This document shows, piece by piece, positions 18,079 to 26,528 of a stretch of 45,300 nt of DNA. Within the stretch, counting starts at the first letter, position 1. Every line of letters starts with the position of its first letter. The notes beneath the pieces were generated by a model. The model did not search any database, was not told where the DNA came from, and saw only the letters and a list, made by a program, of their open reading frames with translations. The stretch is taken from assembly GCA_021735285.1 (NCBI GenBank), contig JAIPHI010000001.1:1-45300 (forward strand), read 5' to 3'. The translations under genes and the position numbers were made by a program. The DNA is from Fidelibacterota bacterium. GTDB taxonomy: Bacteria; Fidelibacterota; UBA2242; JAFGTP01.

Positions 18079-19314
18079 ATGGAAATACAAGGAATACAAA
18101 TATCTGAGCTGGCGATAAAATATGATACTCCTTTCTATGTTTACAATCTCAATCGGATGAAGGAAAATGTATCAGAAATAAAACGGGCTTTTGGAGCTGA
18201 TAAAGGTCGCTGTAAAATATTTTACGCAATGAAAGCGAATTCTCATCCGGTGCTCCTTAATATTATAAAAAAGTTCGATATAGGAATAGATGCTGTCAGC
18301 CCGTTAGAGGTGAAAGTGGCTTTAAATGCAGGTATAGCGCCTGATGAAATCCTTTATACCGGCAATTACGAAAGCACAGAGGATCTGGAATATGTCTTTA
18401 ATAATGGTGTGAAAATCAATCTTGATAGCACAAGTTCTCTTGATAAATTACTACAGATTGGAATTCCGGAGATGATCAGTTTTCGCATTAATCCCGGACA
18501 GGGAGCCGGAAAATATGATCATATTACTACCGGTGGTGAAAAAGCAAAATTCGGAATACCAATTGAGAAAGCCCTTCAGGCTTATGAAAGAGCACAAAAT
18601 GCAGGCGTGAAAAAATTCGGCATCCATACCTTTCTGGGCTCAGGCATACTTGATGAAGATCATTTCCAGGAAGTTGTAGAGTTACTGGCCGAAGAAGCCG
18701 GAGAAATAAGGTCCAAACTGGGTATTAAATTTGACTTCTTTGATATAGGAGGAGGATTTGGAATTAATTACCATAAAGAGAATAAAAAATTTGATATAAA
18801 TACCTGTGCTGAAAAAGTTTATGGTAAATTTGATGAGTTGATGAGAAAGTATGATTTAGGTGATCCGCAGCTCTATATCGAGCCGGGCAGATATATTGTG
18901 GGTGATACAGGCTATTTGGTGACAGAAGTAACCAGTATCAAAGATAGCTTTAAAAAATATGTTGGAATTAATGCTGGCTTTAATATATTAATACGGCCCG
19001 CTCTCTATGGGGCGGAACATTCTATTGAGGTAGATGGTAAAGAAAAGATGAAAAAGTCAGAAAAAGTTGATATTTGTGGCCAAATCTGTGAAAATACAGA
19101 TATTTTTACAAGAGATAGAGAACTACCTCACATAGAAGAAAATGACTTGTTAATATTTAAACAAGCAGGAGCCTATGCAAATGTAATGTCAATGCCCTAT
19201 AACATGCGGATGAGAACAGCAGAAGTTGGGATTTTGGATGGAGAAGATAAACTAATCACCCGTGCTGAAAATTTAGATGATTTTTATAATAGAATTTTAG
19301 TTAATGAAATGTGA
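18079..19314 (+). CDS. lysA: PLP-dependent Orn/DAP/Arg decarboxylase family 2, most likely diaminopimelate decarboxylase
   Basis: FYAMKAN (PLP lysine), DIGGGFG, EPGRY and CGQICENTD motifs. The 411-aa length is typical of LysA. Substrate specificity is not provable from sequence alone. Confidence 0.65.
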   Translation: MEIQGIQISELAIKYDTPFYVYNLNRMKENVSEIKRAFGADKGRCKIFYAMKANSHPVLLNIIKKFDIGIDAVSPLEVKVALNAGIAPDEILYTGNYESTEDLEYVFNNGVKINLDSTSSLDKLLQIGIPEMISFRINPGQGAGKYDHITTGGEKAKFGIPIEKALQAYERAQNAGVKKFGIHTFLGSGILDEDHFQEVVELLAEEAGEIRSKLGIKFDFFDIGGGFGINYHKENKKFDINTCAEKVYGKFDELMRKYDLGDPQLYIEPGRYIVGDTGYLVTEVTSIKDSFKKYVGINAGFNILIRPALYGAEHSIEVDGKEKMKKSEKVDICGQICENTDIFTRDRELPHIEENDLLIFKQAGAYANVMSMPYNMRMRTAEVGILDGEDKLITRAENLDDFYNRILVNEM

Positions 19315-19846
19315 ATTTGTAATGTCGAATAATGGAAGCATATTAAATACTGAAGTTTTGGTCTTGAATAAGGCCTATGAGCCCCTCGATATATGTAATG
19401 TGCGACGGGCTATTGTTATGGTCTTTCTGGAAAAGGCTGAACCTGTTGTTCATATGGGGGAAGTCCTAAGAAGTGTGAGGGAGGAATACCCTATTCCCAG
19501 TGTGATCCGGGTGCATAGATATATTTCTCCGGTTAGAGATGCTGTGGTATTAAACAAAAAAAATATTTTTAGAAGAGATAACCATACCTGTCAATATTGT
19601 GGCGCGAAAAATAAAGAATTGACAATTGATCATATAAAGCCCAAAGTGAAGGGTGGTAAAGATACCTGGGAAAATCTTGTTACAGCCTGCCACGCATGTA
19701 ATAATAAAAAAGGCGACCAGGATTTAAAAACAGTAGGCATGACTTTACAAAAAAAGCCGAGAAAGCCTAATAGAATCCATAGATTACGTAAATTTGCCGG
19801 AGAAAAGGCTAAAGAGAAATGGAGACCATTTTTATTTTTCGAATAA
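19304..19846 (+). CDS. HNH endonuclease domain protein
   Basis: CQYCG...DHIKPKVKGGKDTWENLVTACHACNNKKG is an HNH/zinc-finger signature. It overlaps the lysA end by 11 nt. An alternative ATG lies at 19322. Confidence 0.8.
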   Translation: MKCEFVMSNNGSILNTEVLVLNKAYEPLDICNVRRAIVMVFLEKAEPVVHMGEVLRSVREEYPIPSVIRVHRYISPVRDAVVLNKKNIFRRDNHTCQYCGAKNKELTIDHIKPKVKGGKDTWENLVTACHACNNKKGDQDLKTVGMTLQKKPRKPNRIHRLRKFAGEKAKEKWRPFLFFE

Positions 19847-19866
19847 GATATAGGAATTAAAAGATT

Positions 19867-20862
19867 ATGACCAAAGAAAACAAAAAGAAAAGAATACTGA
19901 GTGGGATGCGACCTACAGGGAAAATGCATTTGGGTAATTTTGTAGGAGCTCTTGAAAATTGGGTTGAACTTCAGAATAGTAATAAATACAAGAATTACCA
20001 TTTAATTGCGGATTATCATGTTTTAACGACTAACACTGATTCAAGTGATATATTGGATAATACTCTGGATATGATTAGTGATTGGCTGGCTGTAGGAATC
20101 GATCCTGAAAAAAGCCCTATTTTCAGACAAAGTCAAATTAAAGAACATTCGGAATTACATTTGATTTTTTCTATGTTAATAACCACTGCACGATTAGAAC
20201 GTAATCCTACTCTTAAAGAACAGCTTCAGGACCTCAAGGTAGAAAATATTACCTATGGTCATTTAGGCTATCCGGTTTTACAGGCTGCCGATATTTTACT
20301 ATATAGAGGAGAAGTTGTGCCGGTGGGAGAAGACCAGGCTCCTCATGTAGAAATTACCAGAGAAATCGCCAGAAAGTTTAATAAGACATACGGGAAGGTG
20401 TTTCCTGTTCCCAAAACTAAGCTGACAAATTTTGCCAGACTTCCGGGTTTAGATAGGAAAAAAATGAGTAAATCGGTTGGAAATACTATTTTAATATCCG
20501 ATAAGAAAAAAGAAATTGAAAAGAAGATGATGAAGGCTATTACAGATCCCAAGAAAATTAGACTCCATGATCCCGGTCGACCGGAAATTTGTCTTGTGTT
20601 TACTTACCACCAGAAATTCAATCCTGAGGAGGAACGGGAGATAAAGAAAAATTGTAAAAGCGGAGCTTTAGGGTGTGTAGAGTGTAAAAAAAGATGTGCA
20701 GCCGCGATTAATGATTTTTTGGCTCCATTTCGAGAGAAACGTAACTATTATTCCAAAAATAAAGATGAAGTGTTAGATATTATCAAAGATGGTGAAAAGA
20801 GAGCTCAAAAAGTTGCTCTTGAAACAATGAAGAGAGTCCACGAAGTAATGAAATTGGGGTAA
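19867..20862 (+). CDS. trpS: Tryptophan--tRNA ligase
   Basis: SGMRPTGKMHLGNFVGAL (HIGH-type region), KMSKS present, 331 aa. Confidence 0.9.
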   Translation: MTKENKKKRILSGMRPTGKMHLGNFVGALENWVELQNSNKYKNYHLIADYHVLTTNTDSSDILDNTLDMISDWLAVGIDPEKSPIFRQSQIKEHSELHLIFSMLITTARLERNPTLKEQLQDLKVENITYGHLGYPVLQAADILLYRGEVVPVGEDQAPHVEITREIARKFNKTYGKVFPVPKTKLTNFARLPGLDRKKMSKSVGNTILISDKKKEIEKKMMKAITDPKKIRLHDPGRPEICLVFTYHQKFNPEEEREIKKNCKSGALGCVECKKRCAAAINDFLAPFREKRNYYSKNKDEVLDIIKDGEKRAQKVALETMKRVHEVMKLG

Positions 20863-20877
20863 TCCCTTAGATAAAGT

Positions 20878-21612
20878 ATGAGTTATAATGTAAAACTAGA
20901 TGTATTTGAAGGTCCTTTGGACCTGTTGTTGTTCTTTATCAAAAGGGATGAAATCAATATCTACGATATTCCAATCTCGCATGTGACTAGAGAATTCTTA
21001 GATTACATCCATTTGGCCCAACAGATGAATATTCACCTGGCAGGTGAATTTCTGGAAATGGCTGCCATTCTAATGAGAATAAAATCCAAAATGTTACTTC
21101 CCGATGAAAAAGATGATGAGGAGATCGAAGACCCTCGTACTAACTTGGTAAATATGTTATTAGAATATAGAAAGTATAAAGAAATCAGTAAGCAACTGGA
21201 TAAATTGGAGAATAAATCTGCCTGTCATTTTCCGGTGCATGCCATGAACCGGAGTAAACGGGAATACGATCCTGATCTATTTTTATCTGATGTTTCCCTT
21301 TTTGAACTTAGCAGTCTTTTTAAGCAATTATTAAGGAATATGCCGGAACCCAAGTACTATGAAGTGGAAAAGATAGATATTAGTATTCAGGAGCAAAGAA
21401 GTTATATAATGGATAGGTTAGCTGATACAAAACGCATGTCCTTTCGGGAATTAATCCGAGATCTAGAAAATAAAATAGAAGTCATCGTTACTTTTTTAGC
21501 TATACTAGAAATGGTTAAATTAGACCGGATCAAAATTAAACAGGATGATGTTTTTGAAGAGATTTATTTAGTAAGTAATGCTGGAGAAGAGGACTTTGAA
21601 GCATCAGCATAA
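20878..21612 (+). CDS. scpA: Segregation and condensation protein A
   Basis: LDVFEGPLDLLLFFIKRDEINIYDIPIS is the ScpA N-terminal signature. Followed by an overlapping scpB. Confidence 0.85.
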   Translation: MSYNVKLDVFEGPLDLLLFFIKRDEINIYDIPISHVTREFLDYIHLAQQMNIHLAGEFLEMAAILMRIKSKMLLPDEKDDEEIEDPRTNLVNMLLEYRKYKEISKQLDKLENKSACHFPVHAMNRSKREYDPDLFLSDVSLFELSSLFKQLLRNMPEPKYYEVEKIDISIQEQRSYIMDRLADTKRMSFRELIRDLENKIEVIVTFLAILEMVKLDRIKIKQDDVFEEIYLVSNAGEEDFEASA

Positions 21613-22138
21613 AGTTGTTTTAGCCTTATTATTATCTGCGAAAAAACCTTTAGAAGAAGACCAGGTAGAATTGTGTCTGGACCGAGAGTTGGATCTGCAA
21701 CCTCTAATCCAGGAATTGAATTCTTATCTCAGTCAAGCTGAGATGCCGATGGAAATTCAGAAGATTGCAGGTGGCTATAAAATTGTTACTAGAGCGGAGT
21801 ATGAGCCTTATATTGAGCGTTTGTTTCAAAAGAATAGCAATACTTCGCTGTCACAAGCGGCTTTGGAGACTCTCGCAATTGTGGCTTATACTCAGCCGAG
21901 CACAAAAAGTGAGGTGGATTCAATTCGAGGGGTAAACACCTCTATGAAAACCCTCCTTAGTAAAAATCTTATCGAAGTGAAAGGTCGACTGGATGCGCCT
22001 GGTAAGCCGCTTTTGTATCGAACTACTGATTATTTTCTGGAATATTTTGGTCTGGATTCTTTGGATGATCTGCCGAAAATGAAAGAAATTGAGGAACTAC
22101 TTGAAGAAAAAGAAGAAGCAAGGTCAGCGGATCAATAA
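21578..22138 (+). CDS. scpB: Segregation and condensation protein B
   Basis: 186 aa with ALLLSAKKPL, LETLAIVAYTQP.T..EVD.IRGV and a GRLD.PGKPLLYRTT segment typical of ScpB. Overlaps scpA by 35 nt. Confidence 0.8.
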   Translation: MLEKRTLKHQHKVVLALLLSAKKPLEEDQVELCLDRELDLQPLIQELNSYLSQAEMPMEIQKIAGGYKIVTRAEYEPYIERLFQKNSNTSLSQAALETLAIVAYTQPSTKSEVDSIRGVNTSMKTLLSKNLIEVKGRLDAPGKPLLYRTTDYFLEYFGLDSLDDLPKMKEIEELLEEKEEARSADQ

Positions 22139-22829
22139 GTATCTTTCTTTGTGTGGGATTGGCTCTCGAAGAAAATGTGAAAAATATATCAAATCAGGTC
22201 AGGTATCAGTCAATAGTAAGGTTGTTAAGGATTTCTCTACCTATGTGAAGCCTGAAGATACAGTTAAACTAAATGGTGAGCCCGTAGAGCCGGAGAAAAA
22301 AACATATATTATACTTAACAAACCTGCCGGTATGATAACTACTCTGGAAGACCCTCGTGATCGCAGTATGGTTGGAGACCTGTTCGAGAATGAACCATTT
22401 GTTAAACCTGTAGGACGACTGGATAAAGATACAACCGGAGTTCTGCTTTTGACCAATGATGGCGATCTTTTGTATAAATTGACTCATCCCAAATTTCAAG
22501 TTCCTAAAAAATATGTTGTCACTGTCAAAGGATTAGTTAAAAAATCCATTGGCAAGCAGCTCGCCCGGGGAGTAGAATTAGAGGACGGGGAAATTGCCAG
22601 AGGCCGAGTTGTTAAGATCAATTTAAAACAAAACCGTTCTATTATAACATTGATTCTCAGAGAGGGGAAAAACCGGGAGATCAGGCGAATTTTTGCTACT
22701 CTGGGTCACGAAGTGCATAAACTGGATAGAGTCTCTTTTGCTACAATCACATATAAAAATTTGAAGAGAGGTGAATGGCGCTACCTGTCTCAAAGGGAAG
22801 TCAGGGTGTTAAGCCAGGTGGTTGATTGA
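22089..22829 (+). CDS. Pseudouridine synthase, RsuA/RluB family
   Basis: An S4 domain (RINKYLSLCGIGSRRKCEKYI) and the catalytic motif GRLDKDTTGVLLLTNDG. TTG 22101, with GAGGA 5 nt upstream, is a plausible alternative start. Confidence 0.85.
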   Translation: MRNYLKKKKKQGQRINKYLSLCGIGSRRKCEKYIKSGQVSVNSKVVKDFSTYVKPEDTVKLNGEPVEPEKKTYIILNKPAGMITTLEDPRDRSMVGDLFENEPFVKPVGRLDKDTTGVLLLTNDGDLLYKLTHPKFQVPKKYVVTVKGLVKKSIGKQLARGVELEDGEIARGRVVKINLKQNRSIITLILREGKNREIRRIFATLGHEVHKLDRVSFATITYKNLKRGEWRYLSQREVRVLSQVVD

Positions 22830-23107
22830 CTTTGGTTTTTTCCGATTGCTATATCTATTTAATAAACTTGATAAAAATCTCCATCTTTTTATTATTCCCA
22901 AACAATTTGTAAACTCTACAATTGATTTTTGGTTTGTTTGGGATTATTTTTATTTTTTCGCAAATAATATCGAAGATGTTTTTCGTGGCTGGGCGTTCTT
23001 CCAAGACAAAGTCGCAACGCCAGAAAGTTGTTTGTTCTCAATATTTAGTAGTTAGTAAACGTATCTCCCAGAAAATACAGATATTTATTGCGGTTAAATT
23101 TTTAATA

Positions 23108-23264
23108 TAGCAATTTTCATATAAGTTGTCTTATTAAATAATAGATATAATTTGTCATAAATACTATTTATATCTATTTTTCCCTTCAGCCTATTGAAGG
23201 CTTCAGGAAAACCCACAACTAAGGATAGTTATGCTACATCAGACAAAACTTTTGCAAATCGCTA
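23108..23264 (-). mobile_element. MITE-like non-autonomous element, copy B (inverted relative to copy A)
   Basis: 23147-23266 is the reverse complement of 51-170 (117/120). The ends are TAGCAATTTTCA (23108-23119) and TGCAAATCGCTA (23253-23264), a 10/12 inverted pair, both abutting TA. It sits in a 696-bp gene-free gap. Confidence 0.45.
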
Positions 23265-23490
23265 TAAACGGAGCTTTTACAAGTCTATCAATATTCGATA
23301 TTTAATTTTTACTCAGTTCATGGTGGACTCCAAAAAAATAAAACTAAGTGCAGGTCATACAAAATCGATTTTTTTTAAAGTAGCTATAAATTGGTAGGCC
23401 GATGGTTGAATTGCAGCAATTTAAAGCTGATTATTTTTATTTGTTCAGGATTAATTTATAAAAAGGATTTAATAAATATAGATTTAATAT

Positions 23491-23519
23491 TTGCAATTAT
23501 TTAGAAAAATTTATAAAAT
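23491..23519 (+). promoter_or_regulatory. Candidate sigma70-type promoter for cmk-rpsA
   Basis: TTGCAA (23491-23496), a 17-nt spacer, then TAAAAT (23514-23519). It would give a very short leader before the cmk start. Pattern match only. Confidence 0.3.
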
Positions 23520-23531
23520 TGGGGCGTGATT

Positions 23532-24221
23532 ATGGGTGATGTAGTATCAATTGACGGACCGGCTGGAGCTGGTAAAAGCAGTACAGCCAAGGAGGTAGCT
23601 AAGGAACTTGGTTTTCTTTATATAGACACGGGAGCCATGTATCGTTCAGTCACGCTAGCTGCAATTAGAAATAATATTGATATAAACAAGGATGATGAAA
23701 TAACTCAATTAGCCTCGGATTTGGATATAGGTTTTAAAAGAATTGATGGCGAATATCACACATATTTAAACGGCGAGGACGTTTCCAAAGAAATCCGTAG
23801 TAGTCAGGTTGCAGACCTGGTAAGTCCGGTTAGTGCTATTCAAGGAGTACGAAATGTACTTGTTGAACAACAACGCCAAATGGCAGAAGACAATAATCTT
23901 GTGATGGAAGGCCGGGATATTGGTACCAATGTATTTCCTGACGCAAAATATAAATTTTATCTTACAGCTGATGTGGCAGTTAGGGCGCGAAGAAGGATGC
24001 AGGATTATCAGCAAAACGGACAGGATTTAACAGAAGAAGATATAATAGAAGAAATTAAAAAAAGAGATAAAATAGATTCATCTAGAAAATTTGCTCCTCT
24101 TAAAAAACCTAGAGGAGCATATGTTATTGATACAACAAATTTAGATTTTAACGAACAGGTTAAAATCATAGTAAATAGGGTGAAAGATAAGAGTGGTAAG
24201 TTTAATTTAAAACAAATTTGA
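23532..24221 (+). CDS. cmk: Cytidylate kinase
   Basis: IDGPAGAGKSSTAK (P-loop) and IDTGAMYR. The track ORF starts at GTG 23526, and ATG 23532 is two codons later. Confidence 0.9.
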   Translation: MGDVVSIDGPAGAGKSSTAKEVAKELGFLYIDTGAMYRSVTLAAIRNNIDINKDDEITQLASDLDIGFKRIDGEYHTYLNGEDVSKEIRSSQVADLVSPVSAIQGVRNVLVEQQRQMAEDNNLVMEGRDIGTNVFPDAKYKFYLTADVAVRARRRMQDYQQNGQDLTEEDIIEEIKKRDKIDSSRKFAPLKKPRGAYVIDTTNLDFNEQVKIIVNRVKDKSGKFNLKQI

Positions 24222-24233
24222 AGGAAACATTTA

Positions 24234-26459
24234 ATGGCAGAAGTAGTAAAGGATACCAACATACAATCTTCGGATGAGAAACAGGTCGTAGAAACTGTTG
24301 ATAATTATTCAACAGAAACTATTACCTCTGGACCTTTATCAGAAGAGGTTAAGGTATTTGATAAGGACTTTTTAATTGATAGGAAAGAAGATAAGTATCA
24401 AAAGCAAAAAGAAGAATATGAAAGTACGATCAAGGACATCAAAACCCATGACAGAGTGATGGGAACAGTGACGAGCATTACTGATACGGAAGTGCTTGTT
24501 GATGTAGGATATAAATCCGAAGGGGTTCTTTTTCGTGATGAATTTAAAGAAAATGAACTCCCCAAGGTGGGTGATGAAATTGAAGTGGTGATCGATATAC
24601 TGGAAGATGAACAAACTGGCCGTATGTATGTTTCGAAGAAGAAAGCCGACTTTATTAGAGTCTGGGATAGAATAAAAGAGATTGAAGCCAACGATGAAAT
24701 AGTCGAAGGCACTATCCAGAGAAGGATCAAAGGAGGCTTCGTAGTTGATGTTATGGGTGTAAAATGTTTCTTACCAGGTTCACAAGTCGATGTAAATCCG
24801 GTCAGAGATTTTGATGCTCATGTTGGCAAAACATATGAATTTAAAATTGTTAATTTAAGTGAATTGAGAAAAAATGTTGTCCTCAGCAGGAAGGTCATCC
24901 TTGAGGAAGCATTAAAAGAGAAAAGAGAAGAATTACTTGAAGAAATTCAAGTTGGTGATGTACTTGAAGGTAGAGTTAAAAACATTACCGATTTTGGCGT
25001 ATTTATTGATCTTGGTGGTCTTGACGGGCTGCTTCATATTACTGATCTATCGTGGGGAAGAGTTAACCACCCCCGAGAAGTTGTAGATCTGGGTCAGGAT
25101 ATCAAGGTTAAAGTAATAGATTATGATACAGAAAAGAAACAAGTCTCTCTGGGATTAAAACAATTAGAACCCCATCCTTGGGAAGGTGTTGAACAGAAAT
25201 ATCCTGTTGACTCTGTTGTGGAAGGAAAAGTGGTCAATATTACTAATTATGGTGCTTTTATTGAATTGGAAAAAGGTGTTGAAGGCTTAATTCATATTTC
25301 TGAAATATCCTGGACAAAACATATAAAACATCCTACTGAAGTATTTACTCTGGGTGATATTGTAGAAGCCAAGGTACTTAGTATTGATGCTGATGAAAGA
25401 AAAATCTCACTTGGCTATAAACAATTGGAACCGGATCCATGGGAAGAAGCCGAAGAAAAATATCAACCCGGTACTGTGCATAAAGGAACTGTAAAAAAGA
25501 TTATACCAAAAGGCGCTTTTGTAGAATTAGAAGAAGGTATTGAAGGCTTTGTCTATATCGATGATATGTCATGGACTATGAATGTACGGCATCCAAAACA
25601 GGTTGTTAAAACGGGTCAGGAAATAGATGTTAAAGTATTGAAGTTCTCCAAAAAAGAAAGAAAAATATCGCTTGGTATTAAGCAACTCGAAGAAAATCCA
25701 TGGCCAGAGATTGAGGATACTTATGTTGAAGGCGCGGTAGTCGAAGGTGAAGTAGCCAAAATTACCAATAATTTGGTTGTTTTTAATCTGGATTATGGAA
25801 TGGATGGAATAGTGCCTAAAAATCAGTTTCCTAAAGAACTTCGCGATGATACAGAAGAAAAGCTGGATATCGGAGAAAAAATGCAACTCAAAGTTCTGGA
25901 AATGAACAAGAGTGAAAAGAAACTAGTTCTTTCTCGCAGTCAGGCAGCTTCAAAGCAAGATACCGAGATAGATAAATATCTGGATGAACAGGAAGATACT
26001 TCTGATAAGATTGAGATTCCGAATGAAGTGATAGACAGAGTTAAAGATGCTGAAAATAAACGTGCAGCAGAAAAAAAGAAAGCTGATAAGAAGAAAAAGG
26101 AAAAAAAGGCAGAAAAAGCTGAGGCTGCGGAAAAGGAAGCAAAAGAAGATAAATCCAAAAAGTCAGAAGAACAGGAAAAATCAGAAAAAGCAGATAAAAA
26201 AGAAACTAAAACAAAAGCAAAAAGTAAAAAGAAAAGTAAGCAGAAAAAATCCAAGAAAGAGGAAAAAGCAGAAACAGAAACAGAAGAAAAAACTGAAGAA
26301 AAGGATACTGGAAAAGAGGATTCCAAAGCGGAAAAAAAGCAAAAAAAGAAAAAATCTGCTAAAAAGAGTAAAAAGTCCACTTCAAAGAAGAAAAAGAAAG
26401 CTAATAAAAAAGCAGAAGACAAATCAGATGCTGAAGAACAGAGCAAAGATGATAGTTAA
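24234..26459 (+). CDS. rpsA: 30S ribosomal protein S1 (six S1 domains) with a Lys/Glu-rich C-terminal extension
   Basis: Six repeats of the S1 fold pattern (e.g. VLEGRVKNITDFGVFIDLGGLDGLLHITDLSW). AAGGA RBS. The cmk-rpsA linkage is conserved in many bacteria. The tail from ~26031 is low-complexity K/E/S. Confidence 0.9.
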   Translation: MAEVVKDTNIQSSDEKQVVETVDNYSTETITSGPLSEEVKVFDKDFLIDRKEDKYQKQKEEYESTIKDIKTHDRVMGTVTSITDTEVLVDVGYKSEGVLFRDEFKENELPKVGDEIEVVIDILEDEQTGRMYVSKKKADFIRVWDRIKEIEANDEIVEGTIQRRIKGGFVVDVMGVKCFLPGSQVDVNPVRDFDAHVGKTYEFKIVNLSELRKNVVLSRKVILEEALKEKREELLEEIQVGDVLEGRVKNITDFGVFIDLGGLDGLLHITDLSWGRVNHPREVVDLGQDIKVKVIDYDTEKKQVSLGLKQLEPHPWEGVEQKYPVDSVVEGKVVNITNYGAFIELEKGVEGLIHISEISWTKHIKHPTEVFTLGDIVEAKVLSIDADERKISLGYKQLEPDPWEEAEEKYQPGTVHKGTVKKIIPKGAFVELEEGIEGFVYIDDMSWTMNVRHPKQVVKTGQEIDVKVLKFSKKERKISLGIKQLEENPWPEIEDTYVEGAVVEGEVAKITNNLVVFNLDYGMDGIVPKNQFPKELRDDTEEKLDIGEKMQLKVLEMNKSEKKLVLSRSQAASKQDTEIDKYLDEQEDTSDKIEIPNEVIDRVKDAENKRAAEKKKADKKKKEKKAEKAEAAEKEAKEDKSKKSEEQEKSEKADKKETKTKAKSKKKSKQKKSKKEEKAETETEEKTEEKDTGKEDSKAEKKQKKKKSAKKSKKSTSKKKKKANKKAEDKSDAEEQSKDDS

Positions 26460-26482
26460 TAATGTAAATTGGTAATAAATAA

Positions 26483-26518
26483 ACAATAGGGCTTGTGATA
26501 AATTGCAAGCCCTATTGT
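26483..26518 (+). terminator. Stem-loop after rpsA (no U-tract)
   Basis: ACAATAGGGCTTG / loop / CAAGCCCTATTGT forms a perfect 13-bp stem 24 nt after the rpsA stop. It is followed by CATATT rather than a T-run, so terminator function is uncertain. Confidence 0.45.
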
Positions 26519-26528
26519 CATATTAAAT

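Noticed and set aside
19304-19846. The HNH protein as a homing endonuclease or defence component.
   Set aside because: It is a standalone ~180-aa HNH protein, translationally coupled to lysA and followed by trpS. There is no methylase, intein/intron context or partner genes. This small-HNH architecture is widespread in ordinary chromosomal contexts.
22989-23023. A locally GC-rich hairpin (CTGGGCGTT...AACGCCAG) in the rluB-cmk gap as a possible RNA element.
   Set aside because: It has only 8 pairs, with a bulge and an 18-nt loop. There is no terminator tail and no second copy, which is too weak to call.
53-23264. The repeat-flanked 23-kb segment as a composite transposon or genomic island.
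   Set aside because: Its cargo is core housekeeping (murI, lysA, trpS, scpAB, rqcH). There is no transposase, integrase or tRNA boundary. The repeats are only ~160 bp and have their own terminal inverted repeats, so two independent MITE insertions is the simpler reading.
22822-23397. Three short plus-strand ORFs (22822..23055, 22922..23110, 23194..23397) in the rluB-cmk gap.
   Set aside because: They are AT-rich frame noise (F/I/K-rich) without an RBS. The ORF at 23194 starts at a TTG inside the repeated element and is not conserved in copy A.
25940-26475. Two long ORFs overlapping the 3' end of rpsA: 25940..26446 on the minus strand (168 aa) and 26047..26475 on the plus strand (142 aa).
   Set aside because: Both are alternative-frame readings of the A/G-rich low-complexity tract that encodes the S1 tail. 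Their products are homopolymeric F/S-rich or K/R-rich sequence with no start context.
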